The notes: generated by a model not told the origin, from the sequence alone. A stretch of 32,000 bases of DNA from Xylella taiwanensis (GCF_013177435.1 NZ_CP053627.1:2070001-2102000); one strand, 5' to 3'; counted from the first letter of the stretch, positions 17,813 to 27,780 are shown. Numbers and translations are program-made.

Positions 17813-18377
17813 TCCTCACATCTCTGCTGCAACATGCGCCCCCCCCTGCAAACCACCGACACTCAATACTCACAATCAACGACTTCAGCAACGTCCAATA
17901 ATAGATATCGTTTTTTTATACGTACGCTCAATCCAAACAAAAGAGACCACCTTACCCGGCAGACACCACATGGTGCCAGCAACCATGCAAGCAAGCAGAT
18001 GTTTGACGCTACACACTGGCAACTGTAGATAGGCCAATCATGCCCCCTCATTCACGGATCAGCTTTAGGGCCACGCCACATTGTTTGCAGCAGCTTGTCG
18101 AAAACACTACGACACCACCGAGCATTAGCCTCACCGGCTTCTTCTTTTGCGGCTGTTCCTGCACATCCCCGATATAGCAACGGCTCATGTCCAGTTGCAC
18201 GTAGCAGTTTTACTTATGACACACGCATGTTCTCAGGGAACTGATCCGCCCCACAACACTTTAGAGAATGTCATTCCATTTCCGCAGCCATTGATATGTA
18301 TAAGGTGTTGATACGCTCATCGGACTACGCACAATATCCCTCATGCGTTGTTTATTAAGAACAATGATCTAAGTTCA

Positions 18378-19040
18378 TCACACCCCCCAGCCCGCAACAC
18401 GCTCCAACACCACCGCACCGGATGTACCAAGACGCGCGCGCAACACCTCCGTCACCCATGCCAGTGCAGTGCACAAGACCGTTTGGGCATTGGACGTCGC
18501 ATCGATCACTCGTTTAGCTGGCAATTCCAGTGCTAGGAAAATGTCACGACAACGTGCCAGATTTTCCATGGTTTCGAAGTGATTTGGCGTGTTGCCACGT
18601 TCCCAGATACGCTGTAAACCGATCGCTGGCGGTACATCAAGCAGCAACAGAAGGTGCGGACGTGGAGCAAACGCATTGGCCTCAAGTAAAGCATCCACTG
18701 GCAACCCGGCTGCTCCCTGGTAAGCCACCATCGACGGGAAATAGCGGTCCAAGATCACGACCGAACCACGGGCGAGAACAGGAATAATGAGGTCTTCGAC
18801 ATGCTGGCGGCGGTCGCGCAACAACAAATCGACCTCATGCTCCGGGGAAAAACGCCCGGTAGAAGCCGACTGTCGCAACAGAGTGCCCCATGGGCCGTTG
18901 GTCGGCTCCTTACTGATCACCGTTTCGAACCCGGCACGCCGCAACGTCACCGCTAAGGTCTGGGCTAAGGTGGTCTTCCCAGCACCATCGATCCCCTCAA
19001 TGGCGACGAGCATTCCACCTGGAATAATCTGATCATGCAT
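18378..19040 (-). CDS. tmk: dTMP (thymidylate) kinase
   Basis: P-loop [35 protein letters not shown] and a LID-like region. It resembles the Xanthomonas-type Tmk as I recall it. Confidence 0.9.
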   Translation of the reverse strand: MHDQIIPGGMLVAIEGIDGAGKTTLAQTLAVTLRRAGFETVISKEPTNGPWGTLLRQSASTGRFSPEHEVDLLLRDRRQHVEDLIIPVLARGSVVILDRYFPSMVAYQGAAGLPVDALLEANAFAPRPHLLLLLDVPPAIGLQRIWERGNTPNHFETMENLARCRDIFLALELPAKRVIDATSNAQTVLCTALAWVTEVLRARLGTSGAVVLERVAGWGV

Positions 19041-19935
19041 CGGCCTACTTTAACCGACCACTATGCATCCTAATAAGCCTCGTGCCATGACCAGCCATTC
19101 CACTCGCCGCACACCTGCCCGTCTGCAACAAACACCGCACAAACGTGAGCACCTGGAAACCTCTCCCCACATCGTAAACAAGACCACATCACAGCAAAGC
19201 TGTGCTATTTGAATCAGCCCTACTACCTGTACAAAACGCCCCTCCAAGGGATGCACCATTTGTACGGCGCCTTAGGCAATCCAGCGCAGCTCCAGTTACC
19301 AATCACTCCAGAAACACACATACGAGATGTAATACATCGACCGTCAGATCATCGCAACTACCGAGCCCAACACTGACAACAATCGCTACAGATCGATACG
19401 TCCAACACACACAAGCACCGCGTGCCGCAACGACCTGCAAGACACAGCCTGTACGATGAATCACACCATCGAAACACAGAAACAGATGTACAGAAACCCA
19501 ATCTCTGGCGGATTGCCAGCAATTCATTGAGCCAGACTCAGTCACTCTCAACCTCGAAGACATCAAACGGCTGGATCGTCAACAAACATACCCAGAACAC
19601 ACGACCGGTACCGATCAATACCAAACACGCTGCCAAATGGTGCAATGACGATCACGACTCACCAACGCACAACGCAACTCAAAGAGAAAAATCGTCAACA
19701 CAAGCGCGGGATACCAACTATCCCACCCATCGTTCGAAATATGGGGGGACATCGACAAAAAAGAGACAGCCTGCAAGGACTACTACATGTGAACATACAA
19801 AAATCACTGTACGCCCTAGTGGAACCTTAAACGTCGTCACACATTGCCAGCGTGACACATCGCATCCGTAATGTTTACAGTTCTTCTGTTTAATCTCACT
19901 ACAAGACCATCTCCCTTGCCATTGGAACTTTTGGA

Positions 19936-22038
19936 ATGCCACATACATATCGATGGTTACCTCTATGCCTCTCTGTCGCTGTCACCCTTGCAAGTTGCAA
20001 CCGTGACACACAAGCGCCGGCGCCCGTCCCCACACCAAAACCAACGCCCAAGACAAAGAACACCGACCTAGATCTCACCACACTACCGCCCGTCGCACGT
20101 TTCGTCACGTCGGATCTGGATCATACCGGTAACCCATGTAATGACCTGCACACCTATGTCAATGGCAACTGGCTGAAAGCCAATCCTGTACCGAGCGACC
20201 GCACCAGCTGGGGCGCATTCGAAATGCTGGACGAACGTTCCAATGCAATCCAGCACCAACTGGTCGAACGCGCCGCCGCCGACCCCAAGAGTAGCGGCAT
20301 CGAGAAAATCCTCAGCGACCTATGGAACACGGGCATGGACGAAGCCAAGATCGAAGCCCAAGGGATAGACCCGCTGAAGGCGGAGCTGGCTGCAATCGAC
20401 GCCATCACCGACCGGAACAACTTGGTGAACTACCTACGCAGCACAGCGGCCAAGGGCAGAGGTGAACTATTCGCGTTCAGTGCCTCCCCCGACTTCCGCG
20501 ACTCCACCCGCAACATCGCCTACGTCAGCCAGAGCGGGCTAGGCCTGCCTGATCCGGAGTACTACACCAAACCGGCCAACAAAAACAAACTCCAAGCCTA
20601 CCAAGCGCATATCGCCAAGGTATTGGAATTATCCGGAACAGCCGCCACTGATGCCGCCAAGCAAGCCGAGCAGGTGATCGCGTTTGAAACTCGCCTGGCC
20701 AAGGTCTCCAAAACCAGCGAACAACTCGCACGTGACACAGCCCTGCAATACAACCCGGTCACCCCAGCCCAGGCAGACAAATTGACCCCACACTGGTCAT
20801 GGAGTGAAACGTTCAAGACCCAAGGCGTGCCGCTGCCAGAAATGTTCTCCCTCGCAATTCCAGCCTTCCACAAGGAAGTGGATCGGATGCTGACTGATAC
20901 CGACCCCGCAATATGGCGCGCCTACCTGCGCTTCCACACCGTCGACAGTGCCTCACCGTACCTGAGCCGGCCATTCGTGGACGAACACTTCGCGTTCTGG
21001 AACAACACCATGCGTGGGCAGAAGGAAATCAAACCACGCTGGAAGCGAGTGTTGAACACAATCAATGGCCAAACTGGTGAAGCACTAGGGCAGCTTTATG
21101 TCAAAGCTGCCTTCCCGGCTGAATCCAAAGTTAAGATGGAAGCACTGGTTGACCATTTGCGTACCGCGCTTAAGGCACGCATCGAAAAACTGGACTGGAT
21201 GAGCCCGGCCACTAAATCCAAAGCATTGAAAAAGTGGGAAAGCTTCACAGCCAAGATCGGCTATCCAGACAAATGGCGCTCCTGGGATGGCCTGCAAACC
21301 AACCGCGACAGTTACCTGGGCAACGTACTGAGTGCACAGCAATTCAACTACGCATGGAACCTCTCTAAGATCGGCAAACCTGTGGACAAGACCGAATGGG
21401 ACATGCCGCCACAAATGGTGAATGCCTACTACAACCCGCAGCAGAACGAAATCGTGTTTCCAGCCGCTATCCTGCAACCGCCGTTCTTCGATCCGGATGC
21501 ACCACCGGAAAGCAACTACGGCGGCATCGGTGCAGTGATCGGCCATGAAATGACCCATGGCTACGATGACCAAGGCAGTCGCTTTGGACCAACAGGCAAC
21601 TTCGAGCAATGGTGGACCAAGACCGATGCCAAAGCCTTCTCAACACGTACCGCGAAGTTGGTGACCCAGTTCAACGGCTACCGTACTGAGGATGGAAGCC
21701 AAGTCAACGGCTCACTGACCTTGGGCGAGAACATTGCCGACTTGGGTGGAATAAACACAGCCTACGACGCTATGAAGACCGCTACTGCTGGACAAGCGGA
21801 CCCGAAAACCGACGGAATTACCCGTGACCAACGTTTCTTCTATAACTGGGCAACAGTGTGGCGCAGCCAACAAACCCCAGAAGAACAGGCAATGCGACTG
21901 AAAACCGATCCACATGCCCCGTCACGTTTCCGTGCGATCGGTGCGCCATCGAATATGCCAAGCTTCGCCGAAGCATTCAGCTGCAAACCAAGCGACGCGA
22001 TGGTTCGCCGTGGTGATCAGCAAGTCGTCATCTGGTGA
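19936..22038 (+). CDS. M13-family zinc metallopeptidase lipoprotein (PepO / endothelin-converting-enzyme-like)
   Basis: Lipobox LASC after a signal peptide, then a P/T/K-rich linker. NAYYNP, zinc motif VIGHEMTHGYD, downstream GENIADLGG, and C-terminal ...VVIW*, typical of M13 enzymes. Confidence 0.92.
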   Translation: MPHTYRWLPLCLSVAVTLASCNRDTQAPAPVPTPKPTPKTKNTDLDLTTLPPVARFVTSDLDHTGNPCNDLHTYVNGNWLKANPVPSDRTSWGAFEMLDERSNAIQHQLVERAAADPKSSGIEKILSDLWNTGMDEAKIEAQGIDPLKAELAAIDAITDRNNLVNYLRSTAAKGRGELFAFSASPDFRDSTRNIAYVSQSGLGLPDPEYYTKPANKNKLQAYQAHIAKVLELSGTAATDAAKQAEQVIAFETRLAKVSKTSEQLARDTALQYNPVTPAQADKLTPHWSWSETFKTQGVPLPEMFSLAIPAFHKEVDRMLTDTDPAIWRAYLRFHTVDSASPYLSRPFVDEHFAFWNNTMRGQKEIKPRWKRVLNTINGQTGEALGQLYVKAAFPAESKVKMEALVDHLRTALKARIEKLDWMSPATKSKALKKWESFTAKIGYPDKWRSWDGLQTNRDSYLGNVLSAQQFNYAWNLSKIGKPVDKTEWDMPPQMVNAYYNPQQNEIVFPAAILQPPFFDPDAPPESNYGGIGAVIGHEMTHGYDDQGSRFGPTGNFEQWWTKTDAKAFSTRTAKLVTQFNGYRTEDGSQVNGSLTLGENIADLGGINTAYDAMKTATAGQADPKTDGITRDQRFFYNWATVWRSQQTPEEQAMRLKTDPHAPSRFRAIGAPSNMPSFAEAFSCKPSDAMVRRGDQQVVIW

Positions 22039-22048
22039 GAACCATGAT

Positions 22049-22071
22049 CCGCCCTGCATCACGCAGGGCGG
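22049..22071 (+). terminator. GC-rich hairpin about 10 nt after the peptidase stop (candidate terminator, no U-tract)
   Basis: ccgccctgc-atcac-gcagggcgg gives a perfect 9-bp stem with a 5-nt loop. No T run follows. Confidence 0.4.
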
Positions 22072-23033
22072 GCAAGTGCAGCTGATCTAAACCATCCCAG
22101 CAACCCAGCAAACAGCCTCTGGAATTTCACAGACCATCCCCATTTTTTTATGCGTCCGACCTATTGAGTCTTCAATCACAAAAATGACAAACAGAAGTTG
22201 TCTAGATCACACCACAGCCACGATGTTCCCTAAGCGACTGATCTTCGGATCAGCATCATTGCCGCACACGCGGCGCCGCTGCAATCAACAACAGCATCAC
22301 TGGGCCAACACAGCCATGACACCCCATTCTGGATTTTGCCCTCGTTGGCATCGACCCCATTGCTTGGGGCACCTTTCAATCGAAAGGAAGGAATACATCT
22401 TTCTGACTCCTCCATCTGACGAAGTGGCCAAGCCAAGTACACATCAGCAACATAAATATCCATCTGCAAGACAACATCAAGGACCTGATGCACTGTACAT
22501 TCCGCACAGTTCTCAGCGATGCACGTCTCCACCATCTGGCGCAGACTCCACAATCAACCGGCAATAACGCGCTCACCGGGCGAACAGAGCAACGGCGCAA
22601 AGCAGGGATAGAACTCACTGATAGTGACAACAACGACATTGCCACGAGAAACATGGATTACAGCATTCCTCTCACCCGATAACAAAGCCGGTGCATACCG
22701 GAACATCGGAATACCGCCGGGAGCAACACTGCAAGGATGACGCTCCTGCACATTCAACATCTTGCATCTACATTAAAGACATGTTGTGTAGAGCGCTCAT
22801 ACAGACACAACCATTCAACTCCACTCAACCACTTCACAACTTGACACAGTGCGATCGAATGTCGAATCCACTCCCCGCACCTGTAACCCTGTAACAACAC
22901 ACGTTCCTTAACGCTCAAGCCAAACGATTCCCACCTGCCACGTTACAGTCCAAGCACGCATCGTCATGTTTGATTGCATCAGCATTGCTCAGGTACGCTT
23001 ACTGCCCTTTATGGGCTAGACGCAGGAATTTTG

Positions 23034-23552
23034 ATGTCCCGGCAACATGCGTATTCACGCGACGAACTGCTGGCAACCGCCCGTGGCGAACTTTTCAGCC
23101 ACAGCAACGCCCGCCTGCCGAATGATCCGATGCTGATGTTTGACCGGATCACCGAAATTTATGCCGACGGCGGTGCCCACGGCAAAGGTCTAGTCAATGC
23201 GGAACTTGATATTCGACCAGACCTGTGGTTCTTCGGCTGTCATTTCCTTAGTGACCCAGTCATGCCGGGCTGCCTCGGTCTGGACGCGATGTGGCAACTG
23301 ACTGGTTTTTTTCTAACATGGAGTGGTGCAACCCCAGGATACGGCCGTGCATTGGGCTGTGGCGAAGTTAAGTTCACAGGTCAAGTGCTGCCAAAAGCAA
23401 AGTTGGTACGTTACGAAGTGGAGATCACCAAGATTATCAACCGCACACTGGTCATTGGTCAGTCCAACGCCCGGATGTTGGTAGATGGCCGTGAAATCTA
23501 TGTTGCCAAAGACCTCCGCGTGGGTATGTTTAACAGCACAGAGTCTTTTTAA
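23034..23552 (+). CDS. fabA: 3-hydroxydecanoyl-ACP dehydratase/isomerase
   Basis: 172 aa from ATG 23034 (AGGA 6 nt upstream), the same length as E. coli FabA and co-linear with it: [57 protein letters not shown]. The track ORF starts earlier, at TTG 22974. Confidence 0.95.
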   Translation: MSRQHAYSRDELLATARGELFSHSNARLPNDPMLMFDRITEIYADGGAHGKGLVNAELDIRPDLWFFGCHFLSDPVMPGCLGLDAMWQLTGFFLTWSGATPGYGRALGCGEVKFTGQVLPKAKLVRYEVEITKIINRTLVIGQSNARMLVDGREIYVAKDLRVGMFNSTESF

Positions 23553-23588
23553 TACACCGTGTTTTAGCACCTGGATGAAATCCGAATT

Positions 23589-23614
23589 GCCGCCCCATCT
23601 CCTCTCCGGGCGGC
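23589..23614 (+). terminator. GC-rich hairpin 36 nt after the fabA stop (candidate terminator, no U-tract)
   Basis: gccgccc-(12-nt loop catctcctctcc)-gggcggc gives a 7-bp all-GC stem. No T run follows. Confidence 0.3.
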
Positions 23615-23808
23615 GTACCTCCCTTAGCATAAACACAGCGTTACCAACCTAATACATGCACCTCTGTGCATCGCCCATCAGCAACACAGTGATGCTGGTC
23701 ATTGCTAGACAATGAACAACACCGTTTCACACGTACATCTTCATACATACGCCTGTTTAGCTATACCAATATAAGCCAGCCGTCTCACACTAACCGCCAA
23801 AAAGTCGA

Positions 23809-24103
23809 TCACACGTGCGAAATTGAGTGATGAGGATATGTTTTAGACGGGCAAGCAGCGCGCGAAAATGAAAAAGAACGCGCACCGAGGCAGCACCTGA
23901 TGGCACCAAAAGTTTTCAGCAAGGAACGCCTCCACGCTTGCCCAAAGTAACCATTGCCCGTTGCAGCCTCACTGATGAACGATTGTGAAAATCCTATATG
24001 TTCAGTGATGTCCCGCTGAGTCAGTTGTACCTCTCTGGGTGCCTTACGGACATGATGGACACAGATCAGCCGTTCCGCAGGAACGCTTCCTTTTGTATTG
24101 CAT
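23809..24103 (-). pseudogene. XRE/Cro-C1-type helix-turn-helix ORF with no usable in-frame start (relic or frameshifted small regulator/antitoxin)
   Basis: My own translation of the minus strand gives 97 open codons (24102-23812, TGA at 23811-23809): ...VPAERLICVHHVRKAPREVQLTQRDITEHIGFSQSFISEAATGNGYFG... This matches the XRE HTH pattern (R-K-A-R-E-x-x-LTQ-x-D/E-hydrophobic-A/T-E-x-hydrophobic-G-x-SQS-x-IS-x-x-E). There is no ATG/GTG/TTG before the HTH. An ATG at 24103-24101 sits one nucleotide out of frame, just before an A4 run. Confidence 0.4.
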
Positions 24104-25096
24104 TACCGGGATATCAATTGTTCGGTACCTGAGCGACTGCGACTCCCCTTTACCAAACACGCTGCTACTTCCTGAAGGCCACAATCGCTAGGACCAGTGT
24201 CGCAAGCGGACAACGATCATCTGGGATACTTTGCGACAGTAACCCAGCTCTCAAAGTGCCTAACGACATACCTGTCAAAAATAAGCACGGCGCGAACACC
24301 TGGATAACAACAGCGGAAATGCGTGCCAGCCGCATACAGAGCCGCACATCGCTCTTGTTGGCACTCATTATCCGTTCTGCAAGCTTCGCGAACACGGCAC
24401 CACCCTGCTTTCGGTGTTTTTAAACTGGGTTTGCTAACGAACACCATTAGAACTGCGTCCAGCACGCTTGAAGCTTGCGTGGCAGCAGGCGCATGGAGCG
24501 GAAATCGAGCCAGCACTGTGACCACACGCCACGTCATTCGCTATCACGCTTGTGTCGGTGTTTTTCTTGCTGACATAGATCACCTCCTGCTGCACACTGG
24601 CCGTGTTGTTTACACGCTTGTAATGTCACTGACCAGAAAGACCGTGAGGGCCGTCATAGCAATGATGAATGGCAAGTGATTGACACGGAGCACTGTGCTT
24701 TCAGGCTTAGAGTCGGGCGAAGCGTCAGGCGATGTTAGATCGTTTTCGGCCATTGCCATGACAGCTTACGAACCCATCACATCATGATGCCTGCAGATCA
24801 GGCAAATCATTGCAGTATCTTGGACAGCTTCACCCGGCATCAGCCAGGAATACTCGCAGTCACATCGCCCTCTGTGGAACCTGCACCCTATATTCGATAC
24901 AGGTAACGGAACAAACGACTCCGCCTCGCCAATCGATACAACACCTGTACACCCGCTTGTATGCAGACACATCGAACACGGCTTTGCCACTGCAACGCAC
25001 ACGCCCAACGACATGCACTCACCGTCCACATGGAAAATAACTGCACAGCAGCCATACGTGAGCGTGCTTACCGAGGCCAGCTACAATGATGGCCCT

Positions 25097-26002
25097 ATGA
25101 ATGCCGTCTTACCTTTGCCATCTCACCTCAACGTCCCCATGGGGCCTACTCCAGACAAGGAGCACCGTGAGCAATGCAAGCTTGCCAAGCGCCTGCGCCG
25201 TCAAGTGGGCCAAGCCATCGCTAACTTTGGCATGATTGAAGCCAACGACAAGGTTATGGTTTGCTTGTCGGGCGGCAAAGACAGCTACACCTTGCTGGAC
25301 ATTCTGTTACGGCTGCGCGCAAAGGCACCGGTGCCGTTCGAGCTGACCGCCGTCAATTTGGATCAAAAGCAACCCGGCTTTCCCAAACACGTGCTGCCAG
25401 AGTACTTGACCAGTATCGGCGTGCCATACCACATCATTGAGCAAGACACCTATTCGGTAGTCACCCGTGTCGTCCCCGAAGGTAAAACCCTATGCGCGCT
25501 CTGCTCGCGGATGCGCCGCGGAGCACTGTACGCCTATGCCGAGGCACAAGGCTTCACCAAGATCGCGCTGGGCCACCATCGCGATGATATGGTCGCGACG
25601 TTCTTTATGAATCTGTTTCACCACGCCAAACTATCAGGGATGCCACCGAAGCTGCGCAGCGACAATGGCAAACATGTGGTGATTCGCCCACTGGCCTACG
25701 TCACCGAAGCCGACATCGTTGCTTACGCCAATACACGCCGCTTCCCCATCATTCCTTGCAATTTATGTGGCAACCAAGAAAACCTGCAACGCAAGCAGGT
25801 GGGGCTGATGCTCAAAACGTGGGAGAAGGAACACCCAGGCCGAACCGAACAGATCGCACGTGCATTGGGCAACATTTGCCCCTCACAATTAGCCGACCGT
25901 TCGCTGTTCGACTTCATGTCATTGGGTCGACACAGCAACGACATGTTGCCTGACGCACACGCCTGGCTGGCAAGCGACCTGATCGGCGATACGGCCTCAT
26001 AA
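25097..26002 (+). CDS. ttcA: tRNA 2-thiocytidine(32) synthetase
   Basis: [23 protein letters not shown]-loop [55 protein letters not shown] chose the start MNAVLPLP (ATG 25097) by analogy with Xanthomonas TtcA N-termini. The track ORF starts at 25013. Confidence 0.93.
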   Translation: MNAVLPLPSHLNVPMGPTPDKEHREQCKLAKRLRRQVGQAIANFGMIEANDKVMVCLSGGKDSYTLLDILLRLRAKAPVPFELTAVNLDQKQPGFPKHVLPEYLTSIGVPYHIIEQDTYSVVTRVVPEGKTLCALCSRMRRGALYAYAEAQGFTKIALGHHRDDMVATFFMNLFHHAKLSGMPPKLRSDNGKHVVIRPLAYVTEADIVAYANTRRFPIIPCNLCGNQENLQRKQVGLMLKTWEKEHPGRTEQIARALGNICPSQLADRSLFDFMSLGRHSNDMLPDAHAWLASDLIGDTAS

Positions 26003-26040
26003 GGCAATGGCCTTCCCTTCCCATTTCCATCGGATCCTCA

Positions 26041-26949
26041 ATGTTCTTTCGCAATCTGACGTTGTTTCGCTTCCCAACTTCGCTGGATTTCTCACACATC
26101 GATACCGTGTTGCCCAACGCACGGTTGCGTCCGGTCGGCCCTTTGGAGATGACATCGCGTGGGTTTATCTCACCCTTTGGGCGTGAAGAGCAGGAGGTAC
26201 TCAACCAACGCCAGGGCGACTTCCTGTGGCTGACCGTCGGTAGTGAGGACAAGATCCTGCCTGCTTCGGTCGTCAACGACCTGCTAGCTCGCAAATGCGC
26301 CGAGATTGAGGAAAAGAAAGGTCAACCTCCAGGCGGGCGTGAGCGCAAGCGGATGAAAGACGATCTGATCCACGAACTGCTGCCTCGTGCCTTCATCAAA
26401 AACTCCCGCATCGATACGATGCTGGATCTGCGTCACGGCTACGTCGCCGTAGACACCGCAAGCCGTAAAACCGCTGAAACTGTCATCAGCGAGATCCGTG
26501 GCTTGCTCGGCAGCTTTCCGGCGCTGCCGCTCAACGCCGAAATCTCAATACGCTCAATGCTGACGAGCTGGATTGCTGGCGAGCCACTGCCCGAACACCT
26601 GAACCTGGGTGATGAGTGCGAAATGAAGGATTCCACTGAAGGCGGCGCGGTGATCAAGTGCCAGCACCAAGAGCTGCGCTGCGACGAGATCGACAAACAC
26701 TTAGAAGTTGGCAAACAGGCGAGCAAGCTGGCACTCATCCTCGACGACCACGTCTCATTTGTACTCGGTGACGACCTCGTGATCCGCAAACTCAAATTCC
26801 TCGACGGCATGTTGGACCAGCTTGAACACAGCGAAGCCGACGGGATACGTGCTGAATTGGATGCGCGCTTCGCGTTGATGAGTGCTGAAGTACGACGTCT
26901 CTTTCTCTTGTTAGAAACTTCGCTGAAGTTGAGCAAAGCAGAAATCTAA
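26041..26949 (+). CDS. rdgC: Recombination-associated protein RdgC
   Basis: MFFRNLTLFRF..., SEDKILPASVVNDLLARKCAEIEEKKG, LIHELLPRAFIKNSRIDTMLD, GYVAVDTASRKTAE. Co-linear with E. coli RdgC at about 302 aa. Confidence 0.9.
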   Translation: MFFRNLTLFRFPTSLDFSHIDTVLPNARLRPVGPLEMTSRGFISPFGREEQEVLNQRQGDFLWLTVGSEDKILPASVVNDLLARKCAEIEEKKGQPPGGRERKRMKDDLIHELLPRAFIKNSRIDTMLDLRHGYVAVDTASRKTAETVISEIRGLLGSFPALPLNAEISIRSMLTSWIAGEPLPEHLNLGDECEMKDSTEGGAVIKCQHQELRCDEIDKHLEVGKQASKLALILDDHVSFVLGDDLVIRKLKFLDGMLDQLEHSEADGIRAELDARFALMSAEVRRLFLLLETSLKLSKAEI

Positions 26950-27018
26950 GCGCGATAACGTCCAACACCTGAGCAACGTTATGCTTGGACCACCCTGTCC
27001 AGACTCACACACTGTCTG

Positions 27019-27780
27019 ATGCCCCCCCTTCGAAAGCAACTGAAACACGACAGCATCCAATTGCAGACAAACGAGTGCAAGATTAATGTGCTGTGCGTGC
27101 GTAATCCGCGTGCGCGTCGGATCAAACTGAGCGTCGACGAGCGCGGTGTGCGCCTGACCCTGCCACCATGTGCCAGTCTGGACGCTGGCACCCGTTTTCT
27201 GCTTGAACAGCGCGCCTGGATCGAGACACAAATGGCTCGCTATGCCAGCGATGCGGCAGCGATACCGCTGCGTCGCGGCGAAACCGCCGTACTACCACTG
27301 CGTGATAAGCAGTTACCACTCCATTGGCGCGAGGGCCGCTACACACGACTGGAATTGGATGCGCATGGTTTACAGTTTCATATACCAACACACACCAACG
27401 ACAGCGCATTACGACGCACACTCAAGGAGTTTTACGAGATACAGGGACATGCGGACATCAGTCGCTGGCTGCGGAAATACCTACCTGGCCTGCCACGTCC
27501 ACCGACCCGGGTACGCCTGAAGCCCATGTCCTCACAATGGGGATCGCTTGCCCCGGACGGCCACATGGCACTGGATCTGGCGTTGGTGCTCGGTCGCCCC
27601 TCCGCATTCGAGTATGTGGTGGTGCATGAGTTGTGCCACCTGATCCAAGCTAACCACTCACCAGCGTTCTGGCACGAAGTCGAATGCCGCTTCCCCCTCT
27701 GGCGGCAGGAACGGCACTATTTTCATACCAGGGGGCGGATACTAAAAGCACAACTGCGCCGACTGTTGCAAGCCGAGTGA
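27019..27780 (+). CDS. YgjP-like M48/DUF45 metal-dependent hydrolase
   Basis: C-terminal zincin motif VVHELCHLIQANHSPAFWHEVE, typical of YgjP/DUF45 proteins. 253 aa. Confidence 0.8.
   Translation: MPPLRKQLKHDSIQLQTNECKINVLCVRNPRARRIKLSVDERGVRLTLPPCASLDAGTRFLLEQRAWIETQMARYASDAAAIPLRRGETAVLPLRDKQLPLHWREGRYTRLELDAHGLQFHIPTHTNDSALRRTLKEFYEIQGHADISRWLRKYLPGLPRPPTRVRLKPMSSQWGSLAPDGHMALDLALVLGRPSAFEYVVVHELCHLIQANHSPAFWHEVECRFPLWRQERHYFHTRGRILKAQLRRLLQAE

Noticed and set aside
18049-18189. A 46-aa minus-strand ORF, MSRCYIGDVQEQPQKKKPVRLMLGGVVVFSTSCCKQCGVALKLIRE, resembling a glutaredoxin/NrdH N-terminus (VVVFS.S.C..C..A..L).
   Set aside because: It is truncated immediately after the CxxC-like string, and no continuation exists in any frame. 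V, F, C and G are exactly the residues over-produced by the G/T-rich minus strand.
19422-19871. A 149-aa + strand ORF in the island upstream of the M13 peptidase.
   Set aside because: The product is dominated by T/H/N/Q/K/P, as expected from translating A/C-rich DNA. It has no ribosome-binding site and no recognisable motif, and it overlaps other equally long frames.
22230-22760. A minus-strand frame of about 176 codons interrupted by a single TGA (22554-22556), which initially looked like a fresh pseudogene upstream of fabA.
   Set aside because: A second minus frame (22376-22654) is open over the same DNA. Open frames are therefore explained by the lack of A on the minus strand, and I recognised no protein family in either translation.
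24217-24537. A HigB/Gp49-like toxin motif (AVLMVFVSKPSLKTPKAG, compared with LLHGFxKKTQKTPxxE) in the 106-aa minus frame upstream of the XRE relic.
   Set aside because: The K-T-P string comes from an 11-bp DNA repeat also present at 24555-24565. The motif sits about 30 residues from the N-terminus instead of near the C-terminus. It lies about 130 codons from the HTH, which is too far for a canonical toxin-antitoxin pair. The resemblance is too weak to call.
24766-25029. An 87-aa minus-strand ORF with 10 cysteines (possible Cys-rich peptide or bacteriocin).
   Set aside because: G/T-rich DNA inflates TGT/TGC, GTN, GGN and TGG codons. The ORF has a GTG start with no Shine-Dalgarno site and no recognisable Cys spacing pattern. 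I keep it only as part of the co-linear frame string in the findings.
23553-25096. A search by eye for a decayed fabB (KAS I) downstream of fabA.
   Set aside because: I found no KAS I signature strings in any + frame, and stops are frequent in the balanced-composition part. Only a frameshift-tolerant database search could settle this.
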